DNA from: an uncultured Alphaproteobacteria bacterium
Lineage (GTDB): Bacteria; Pseudomonadota; Alphaproteobacteria; Rhodobacterales; Rhodobacteraceae
Length of the DNA stretch: 64,000 bases
NCBI GenBank assembly: GCA_902596985.1
Contig: CACJWR010000004.1
Location: 2,492-66,491 of the forward strand
Direction of reading: 5' to 3'
Shown in pieces: positions 57,666-64,000 of the stretch (position 1 is the first letter of the stretch; every line of letters begins with the position of its first letter). Under the pieces are notes generated by a model that did not search any database, had not been told where the DNA came from, and saw only the letters and a list, made by a program, of their open reading frames with translations. Position numbers and translations under genes: made by a program.

Positions 57666-59096
57666 ATAATAGAGAATAAAGAAGATTACTTTGAGTTCAT
57701 AAGAAATATTAGAAACACACTTTCAGATGATAGTATTACTGATATTTCTTCCTCATATCAATCAGAACCTCGGGGTTTATATAAAAACCAATCTCGCTAT
57801 GTGATTAAGCCTAGATCGACTAAAGAGGTTTCCGAGTGTTTGAAACTTGCTACAAAATATAAAATTGGAGTTGTGCCCTGGAGTGGTGGTACTGGACTGG
57901 TAGGAGGACAAATCGCGCCAGATAAATATAGCGTTACTTTATCTTTGGAAAGGATGAATAAGATTAAAAACTTTTCTTCTATCAATCAATCTATAGAGGT
58001 TGAAGCTGGTGTAATTTTGGAAACGATTCATGAGTTTGTAGACAAAAGAAATTTTTTATATCCTTTATCAATGGCATCAAAGGGGACATGTTGTATAGGT
58101 GGAAATTTGGCAACAAATGCAGGGGGAATTGGGGTATTAAAATATGGAAACGCAAGAGATCTTTGTTTAGGACTTGAGGTCGTATTGGCTGACGGCTCTA
58201 TCATCAATGATATAAAGACACTTAAAAAGGATAACACAGGATACGACTTAAAAAACCTGTTTATTGGTTCTGAAGGATCTTTGGGTATAATCACCAGAGC
58301 CGTTTTAAGACTTTATCCTACTCCTCAAAATAAAATTGTTGCATTTTTTGGAGTGAAAAATTTTGATGCAGCCTTAAAAAGCTATTTAGAATTATCCAAA
58401 AATTTTGGGCAATATTTGCAGGCGTTTGAGTTAATTAGTGATGTAGGATTGCGATTTCTTGAAGAAACGAAAATGGTTCAATCAACCACCCAAAGAAGTA
58501 AATCAGATTGGCATGTATTGATTGAATTTGGATACAATAATAGTTCAGTTGAGCAAGATGTATATGAAGCTTTGGACGAGCTTTGTAATAAAAATATTAT
58601 TTCGCATGTAGTTCTTGGTGATACAGAGACTAAAGCAAAAAAGTTGTGGAAAATGAGAGAAGATATACCTGAGGCTAATAGAAAAATTGGGGCAATTACG
58701 TCTCATGATATTGCTCTACCACTCGAAAATATGGAAAGTTTTATAAATAAAAGCATTGTTGAGATAAAAGAAATAAATAAATCTCTAAGAGTAAATTGCT
58801 TTGGGCACATGGGAGATGGAAACTTACACTTCAATATATTTCCTCCCCGAGAAGAAAAAAAATCTAGTTATGGAAGGATAAAATCTAAATTGACTAGGGT
58901 TATAAATAATAATTGCAAAGGCTTAGGAGGCTCATTTAGTGCAGAGCATGGAGTTGGTCGACTAAAGGTTAAAGACTTAGAGCAGTATTGTGACCCTGGA
59001 AAATTTAATGTCATGCGTCAGATTAAGAAAGCCATCGATCCTTTAACTATTCTAAATCCTGGAGTAATTTTAAGGCAAGATAATCAAGATATATAA
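57666..59096 (+). CDS. FAD-binding oxidoreductase, GlcD / D-2-hydroxyacid dehydrogenase family (start uncertain; candidate ATA)
   Basis: FAD-binding type-4 domain (VVPWSGGTGLVGG). The ORF-track GTG 57801 truncates the family-typical in-frame segment SYQSEPRGLYKNQSRYVIKPRSTKEV. The frame is open from 57654 with no ATG/GTG/TTG/CTG. AAGGAG at 57653-57658 lies 7 nt before ATA 57666. Confidence 0.75.
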   Translation: MIENKEDYFEFIRNIRNTLSDDSITDISSSYQSEPRGLYKNQSRYVIKPRSTKEVSECLKLATKYKIGVVPWSGGTGLVGGQIAPDKYSVTLSLERMNKIKNFSSINQSIEVEAGVILETIHEFVDKRNFLYPLSMASKGTCCIGGNLATNAGGIGVLKYGNARDLCLGLEVVLADGSIINDIKTLKKDNTGYDLKNLFIGSEGSLGIITRAVLRLYPTPQNKIVAFFGVKNFDAALKSYLELSKNFGQYLQAFELISDVGLRFLEETKMVQSTTQRSKSDWHVLIEFGYNNSSVEQDVYEALDELCNKNIISHVVLGDTETKAKKLWKMREDIPEANRKIGAITSHDIALPLENMESFINKSIVEIKEINKSLRVNCFGHMGDGNLHFNIFPPREEKKSSYGRIKSKLTRVINNNCKGLGGSFSAEHGVGRLKVKDLEQYCDPGKFNVMRQIKKAIDPLTILNPGVILRQDNQDI

Positions 59097-59107
59097 ATTA
59101 AAGATTA

Positions 59108-59623
59108 ATGAAAAGCAGTCATAATAATCTAAGATTATTACTAGAGGCCAAGAGTGACCATATTGAGGTTGAAAGATTATTGGATCTAGTATTTACGCCT
59201 AGAAGAAGACTACTTAGCTCATATCAGCTGAGGAATTCAGCTAACAAAGTTAACAATCTTTCCTATGTGATAAAAGATTATTCGAAGAAAGTTGTTGGGT
59301 CCATCAGGTTTTGGAATATACAGGTAGATAGTCATAGTAGCAGAGGTCTTCTTCTGGGCCCTCTTGCAGTCCATCCAATATACCAAGGTGAAGGTTTAGG
59401 CGAAAAATTAGTTTCAAACAGCATCGAAAAAGCATATTCCGAAAACTGGAATTGGATTGTCTTAGTTGGAGATTTAAGCTACTACTCAAAATTCGGGTTC
59501 AATAAATACCCAACTCGTGGAATATCCATTGGTAGTGGCTTTGATAATTCAAGGCTATTAGGCCTAGATATAAACGGTGAGTTTCTTAAAGCAGCTGTCG
59601 GTAGTTTGATTAAAGCAAACTAG
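59108..59623 (+). CDS. GNAT family N-acetyltransferase
   Basis: HPIYQGEGLGEKLV acetyl-CoA-binding motif, 171 aa. Confidence 0.7.
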   Translation: MKSSHNNLRLLLEAKSDHIEVERLLDLVFTPRRRLLSSYQLRNSANKVNNLSYVIKDYSKKVVGSIRFWNIQVDSHSSRGLLLGPLAVHPIYQGEGLGEKLVSNSIEKAYSENWNWIVLVGDLSYYSKFGFNKYPTRGISIGSGFDNSRLLGLDINGEFLKAAVGSLIKAN

Positions 59624-59640
59624 GTTTTCAGAATATCAAA

Positions 59641-60870
59641 CTAGAGATTTTGTAATCCGAACGCGTCATGAAGACTCCTTACAGCTAGTTCCAGATACTT
59701 TCTTTCAATTAAAACTGACAGCTTTATTTCTGACGTTGAAATAACATTGATATTGATGTTTTCTTGCGACAGCGTTTCAAACATTTTCTGGGCTACACCT
59801 GCATGTGTTTTCATTCCTATTCCAATAATAGAAACCTTAGCTAAATTCTTGTTTTCTATTAAGCGTTCATAAGAGACAACATTTTTTTCTTTCGCTTTGG
59901 ATATAGCTTTTTTTGCAATATCTAACTCATCTTCAGGACAAGAAAAAGTTATGTTCGTTAATCCTGTTTCAGTATTGCTCTGAACTATCATGTCAATATT
60001 TACACCGGAGCTTGCTAACGGACCAAAAATCTTTGCTGCTACTCCGGGTTTGTCTTCTATGTTTGTTAGCGTTAATTGGGACTCATTTTTTTGGAAAGCT
60101 ATTCCAGATACGATATTTTTCTCCATAATTTCCTCTTCATCACAGACGAGTGTTCCCTCTTCTTTTAAAAAACTATTTAGCACTCTTATAGGTACTTTGT
60201 GGCGCATTGCAAGTTCCACTGCCCGTGTCTGCAGTACATTGGCTCCGAGCGAAGCCATTTCTAACATTTCTTCAAATGAAATTTTTTTTAGTTTCGACGC
60301 ATTTTTTTTTATTCTTGGGTCTGTAGTATAAATACCTGATACGTCCGTATATATATCGCATCTTTCCGCATCTATTGCGGCAGCAATTGCCACAGCTGAT
60401 GTATCAGAGCCACCTCGCCCTAGTGTCGTTATTCTTCCTGCTTGCTCTATCCCCTGAAACCCAGAAACTACTGCAACTTTGACCCCTTCCTTAAAACTAC
60501 TTATAATTTGGTCCGTCGTGATTTCTTCAATCTTTGCATTCGAATGAAAGCTGTCTGTTCTAATCGGGAGCTGCCACCCACGCCAGCTTCTAGAAGAAAT
60601 CTTTATACTATTTAAGGCAATAGCCAATAGAGATGAGGATACATCCTCACCGGTAGATATTAAAGAGTCATACTCAGGATCAACCAAGTTTTCAACTCCA
60701 ACCTGTTTTGCCAGATCAATTAGTTTATTAGTCTCTTTTGACATTGCAGATACGACAGCAACTACATTCCATCCACCTCTTATTTCATCGGAAATAATAT
60801 CTCTTACAGCCTTTATTCTATCTATGTCCGCGACGGAAGTTCCGCCAAATTTCATGGTTAAAATTTTCAT
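59641..60870 (-). CDS. lysC: aspartate kinase
   Basis: KFGGTSV, GRGGSDTSA and two C-terminal ACT domains. Confidence 0.93.
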   Translation of the reverse strand: MKILTMKFGGTSVADIDRIKAVRDIISDEIRGGWNVVAVVSAMSKETNKLIDLAKQVGVENLVDPEYDSLISTGEDVSSSLLAIALNSIKISSRSWRGWQLPIRTDSFHSNAKIEEITTDQIISSFKEGVKVAVVSGFQGIEQAGRITTLGRGGSDTSAVAIAAAIDAERCDIYTDVSGIYTTDPRIKKNASKLKKISFEEMLEMASLGANVLQTRAVELAMRHKVPIRVLNSFLKEEGTLVCDEEEIMEKNIVSGIAFQKNESQLTLTNIEDKPGVAAKIFGPLASSGVNIDMIVQSNTETGLTNITFSCPEDELDIAKKAISKAKEKNVVSYERLIENKNLAKVSIIGIGMKTHAGVAQKMFETLSQENININVISTSEIKLSVLIERKYLELAVRSLHDAFGLQNL

Positions 60871-60878
60871 TATATATT

Positions 60879-61298
60879 TTAATTTACTTTGTCATCACTC
60901 CAAGGCAACGGAATGAAAGGAATGCCTTCATCTGCTAGATCTTTAGCTTCGTCCATAGTGGTCTTTCCAATTATTGGTTTTTCTTCTTTCTCTCCATAGT
61001 GCATGGCCCTTGCTTCTTTGGGAAAATTTTCTCCCACATCTATGGCAGTTGTCTTTATCTTTTTTTTCAACGCTCTAATTTCTTTCTCAAGAGCGCTCTG
61101 CGCGGAAATTAATGTCTTGTTCTTTCGTTCACTATCGGAAGTTATTCTCGGCGCCATTAAAGACTTATCAACTTCTTTTGAAGAGCATATAGCACACTCA
61201 AGGTGCCCTTTTTTTTTTAGTTTTTCAAATGATTCAGAGTCCGAAAACCAGCTATCAAACTGATGACCATTTTTACAATTAAGAGTGTATTTAATCAT
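60879..61298 (-). CDS. DUF1178 family protein (Zn-ribbon-like)
   Basis: MIKYTLNCKNGHQFDSWF...CAICSS is the typical DUF1178 N-terminus. Confidence 0.75.
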   Translation of the reverse strand: MIKYTLNCKNGHQFDSWFSDSESFEKLKKKGHLECAICSSKEVDKSLMAPRITSDSERKNKTLISAQSALEKEIRALKKKIKTTAIDVGENFPKEARAMHYGEKEEKPIIGKTTMDEAKDLADEGIPFIPLPWSDDKVN

Positions 61299-61334
61299 AA
61301 ATCATTCTATTTTTTTGAAACACTAAGATGCCAA

Positions 61335-61934
61335 CTATTGACTTTCTTTTCTGCTTCTCCTCTGGGTTATTGGTTGAAAAGCAATAGAAATATGAGTTTT
61401 ACAATATGGTTTGCCTGGCTCAGATTCATGCCCGCAAAACCAAAAGGTGTCTGTTGCTGGATCTCCGATTGGCCACTTGCAAGTTCTTTCAGTCAATTCC
61501 ATAAGCGAAATTTTTTTTGATTTCATTTCCACTTTAAGTAGGTTTTTTATGGTTTCTTCGCTTAAATCCGAAACAACCTCGGGAGCGTTTTCACGAGAAA
61601 GCTTTGAGTTAGCTGATGGGCTAATAGATTGATCATCGTCATTAATTTTCTCGCGGATATCCGTGGGTCCCTTAGGTTTCTGCGGTCTCCCTCTTTTTTT
61701 TGGTTCTTGACTTACTTTTGGTGGGCGGCCCCTTTTTACATTTTTAATTGCTTTAGTTGGGTTAGCTCCACGTTTTGATGTGCTCGTGTCTCTATTTGAT
61801 AACCCCAACCTATGTACTTTTCCGATCACCGCATTTCTTGTAATGTTGCCCAGCTCTTTGGCTATTTCGCTTGCGCTGTTTCCTTCAAGCCACATTTTTT
61901 TTAATATAGCTACACGTTCGTCATCCCAGGCCAT
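61335..61934 (-). CDS. gcrA: cell cycle regulator GcrA
   Basis: MAWDDERVAILKKMWLEGNSASEIAKELG..TRNAVIGKVHRLGL and C-terminal CKWPIGDP...FCG motifs. Start set at the Met of MAWDD. Confidence 0.9.
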   Translation of the reverse strand: MAWDDERVAILKKMWLEGNSASEIAKELGNITRNAVIGKVHRLGLSNRDTSTSKRGANPTKAIKNVKRGRPPKVSQEPKKRGRPQKPKGPTDIREKINDDDQSISPSANSKLSRENAPEVVSDLSEETIKNLLKVEMKSKKISLMELTERTCKWPIGDPATDTFWFCGHESEPGKPYCKTHISIAFQPITQRRSRKESQ

Positions 61935-62024
61935 CATTAGCTCCAAAAATTATGGTGTAAAAAATCACAAAAAAAACGTATACAATGGTTTCATGAATAA
62001 ATAAAGGATTAGTTAGAATTAATT

Positions 62025-62822
62025 ATGAGACTTAAACCGGAAAAAATTTCCCGTTTTTCAAATTTTTTGGGCTTATTAACACTTATAGCGAGAGAACAGC
62101 GACGGTTCACTTCTATTTGGACCCAAACACTTTTAGCGCCTATCGTAACGAGTGCACTTTTTATATTAGTCTTCTCTTTTGTTTTCTCAGATAGAAATGG
62201 AGGATCATTATCTAATAGCAATTATAGTTTGTTTCTTGCACCCGGTATTCTAATGATGGTTACCATTCAAAATTCTTTTGCTAATACCTCTACCTCTATA
62301 CTAGTTTCCAAAGTTAACGGGAACATTGTTGACACTCTAATGCCGTCGTTGTCTTCTTTTGAGCTGTCACTAGGTTTCATGATAGGTGGAGTCCTTAGAG
62401 GGCTATTCGTAGCAACAGGCGTTTTGGTTGTAATATTCCCATTTTTGAGTCTTTTTCCAGTTAATTTGGTCACACTATATTTTTACATAATGATGGGAAG
62501 CGTTACATTCTCACTAATGGGTATCCTAGTTGGAGTTTTTTGCAAGAAGTTTGACCAAATGAGTGCAGTTAATAATTTTTTTATTGCCCCGCTATCGTTT
62601 CTTTCAGGGACATTCTATTCCGTGAGTAATCTTCCGGGGCCATTCGACGTAATTTCCCTCTTTAACCCTGTCTTTTGGCTAATGGATGGAGTAAGATTTG
62701 GAGCACTTGGTGAAGCAGAATCAAATATTTTCTTAGGGTGTCTTGGAATTATGTCTGTTAACTTAATATTATTTTTAACTGTCTGGAAATGGTTTTCTGT
62801 CGGATATTTTTTAAAGGATTAA
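62025..62822 (+). CDS. ABC-2 type transporter permease with no adjacent ATPase gene
   Basis: Six hydrophobic spans. It is a paralogue of the 8829..9590 permease (FYSVSNLPGPF..NPVFWLMDG vs FYSIDMLPEFW..NPVFYLISG). Confidence 0.75.
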   Translation: MRLKPEKISRFSNFLGLLTLIAREQRRFTSIWTQTLLAPIVTSALFILVFSFVFSDRNGGSLSNSNYSLFLAPGILMMVTIQNSFANTSTSILVSKVNGNIVDTLMPSLSSFELSLGFMIGGVLRGLFVATGVLVVIFPFLSLFPVNLVTLYFYIMMGSVTFSLMGILVGVFCKKFDQMSAVNNFFIAPLSFLSGTFYSVSNLPGPFDVISLFNPVFWLMDGVRFGALGEAESNIFLGCLGIMSVNLILFLTVWKWFSVGYFLKD

Positions 62823-62857
62823 CGTCGATTGAGCATGAAATCTAAAAAGAGAAATTT

Positions 62858-64000
62858 ATGACTAAAATACCAAATCGATCCTCGGAGACATCATTGATGA
62901 GTACCTACAGCCGATCTGATTTGGCATTTGTTAGAGGAGAAGGCGTATGGCTTTTTGATGAAAAAGGCAAAATGTTTTTAGATCTAGCTTCTGGAATAGC
63001 AGTAAATTCGTTAGGCCACAGCCATCCTAAGCTACTAAAAGTACTAGCCGATCAAGGATCAAAACTCTGGCACACTTCAAATTTATATACAGTGCCAAAT
63101 CAAGAGGACTTGGCAAGAGTACTTACCAAGAACACTTTTGCAGAAAAAGTTTTTTTTACAAACTCGGGAGCAGAAAGCGTTGAGTGTGCTATTAAGATTG
63201 CCAGGCGGTTTTTTTTTGCAAAGGGCCAATCAAATAGAAATAGAATAATATCTTTTGCAGGATCTTTCCACGGAAGGACCACGGGTACAATATCAGCCGC
63301 CGGCAGCAGAAAGTTATTGGAAGGGTTTGGCCCAAGGTTGCCTGGTTTTGACTTGATCAAAAGATTTTCTCTTGAAAGTGTTGAAAAAAAAATATCGAAA
63401 AGAACCTGTGCAATTCTTGTTGAGCCAATACTCGGGGAGGGAGGAATTGTAACTCTTTCCTGTGCTTTTTTAAAAGGACTTAAAGACCTTTGTGCAAAAT
63501 ATAACCTACTGCTCATTTTTGATGAGGTTCAGTCCGGTATTGGCAGATCTGGTCATTTCTTAGCCCATGAAAGCTGTGAGGTAACTCCTGATATTGTGGC
63601 CCTTGCAAAAGGCCTGGGAAACGGCTTTCCCATAGGTGCTTGTTTAGCAACTAAAACAGTTGCAGATTGTATGGTGCCTGGAACTCATGGCTCAACATAC
63701 GGGGGTAATCCGTTAGGTTGTGCTATTGCGTTAGAGACAATTAAACATATTTTAAAACCACGCTTTCTATCTGAAATTCGTAAAAAAGGTGATTTCTTTA
63801 TGGAAAAATTAAATAGTTTAATGGAAATTTTTCCTGATCAAATTTTAGAAGTGAGGGGAAGGGGGTTAATGTTGGGTTTAAAGTGTGGGAATAAAAACGT
63901 TAAGCTTATCGATATGTGTAGGCAAGAAGAGTTGTTACTAGTTCCAGGAGCATCTAATACTTTAAGAATATTACCACCTTTAACCATCACGTTTAAAGAA
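62858..64000 (+). CDS. argD: acetylornithine/succinyl-diaminopimelate-type class III aminotransferase (3' end outside the window; not in the ORF track)
   Basis: ATG 62858 opens a frame that runs to the window edge (381 codons). Motifs are FTNSGAESVECAIKIAR, IFDEVQSGIGRSG and the ALAKGLGNGFPIGA PLP lysine. Confidence 0.85.
   Translation, partial: MTKIPNRSSETSLMSTYSRSDLAFVRGEGVWLFDEKGKMFLDLASGIAVNSLGHSHPKLLKVLADQGSKLWHTSNLYTVPNQEDLARVLTKNTFAEKVFFTNSGAESVECAIKIARRFFFAKGQSNRNRIISFAGSFHGRTTGTISAAGSRKLLEGFGPRLPGFDLIKRFSLESVEKKISKRTCAILVEPILGEGGIVTLSCAFLKGLKDLCAKYNLLLIFDEVQSGIGRSGHFLAHESCEVTPDIVALAKGLGNGFPIGACLATKTVADCMVPGTHGSTYGGNPLGCAIALETIKHILKPRFLSEIRKKGDFFMEKLNSLMEIFPDQILEVRGRGLMLGLKCGNKNVKLIDMCRQEELLLVPGASNTLRILPPLTITFKE

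Noticed and set aside
61947-62024. Searched cell-cycle gene promoters for CcrM GANTC sites or CtrA TTAA-N7-TTAA boxes. Regions checked were upstream of gcrA, and the spacers at 35397..35467, 38265..38464 and 51294..51540.
   Set aside because: I found no GANTC or full CtrA box by eye in these spacers, so there is nothing to report. A computational scan would be needed to be sure.
63100-63516. 138-aa minus-strand ORF, the only track entry beyond 62822.
   Set aside because: The + strand carries a clear ArgD-type aminotransferase running off the window edge. It is missing from the track only because it has no stop within the window. The minus-strand ORF is its shadow.

Overview
AT-rich, very tightly packed chromosomal segment. 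About 67 protein genes cover nearly all of the 64 kb; many neighbours overlap by 1-11 nt or abut. I found no rRNA, tRNA, CRISPR array, transposase, integrase, phage, toxin-antitoxin or recognisable defence genes. The content is core housekeeping with a clear alphaproteobacterial signature: GcrA, MipZ, a DUF1013 regulator and plant-type GshA, plus the conserved strings ffh-chorismate mutase-rpsP-rimM-trmD-rplS, uvrC-pgsA-moaD-moaE and topA-rnr. The source looks like a streamlined, probably marine, alphaproteobacterium; I cannot name the lineage from sequence alone.

Functional blocks:
- Late cobalamin / nucleotide-loop genes: cobQ, cobC, cbiB, cobT.
- A SelO-cytochrome b561 pair.
- pyrB with a degenerate DHOase-like pyrC, followed by plsY.
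- A two-gene RND efflux pump.
- An aa3 cytochrome oxidase assembly cluster (coxB-ctaB-small ORF-ctaG-coxC-surf1-thrC) with no subunit I gene.
- The ribosomal/SRP string.
- Cell-cycle regulators.

I do not see a convincing novel multi-gene system. The most unusual sequence-level signals:
1. Three conserved genes (rnr, an FAD-linked oxidoreductase, rimM) have family-typical N-termini lying upstream of any ATG/GTG/TTG. This points to AUU/AUA/CUG initiation or termination-reinitiation.
2. An aa3 oxidase subunit IV mini-gene is missing from the ORF track.
3. Ribosomal protein S16 has a near-perfect 3 x 30 bp tandem repeat forming its C-terminus.
4. Catalytically degenerate PyrC-like and UDG-like proteins flank pyrB.
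5. Convergent genes share or abut stop codons, leaving no room for terminators.

All functional calls rest on motif and family recognition by eye. No database search was run.
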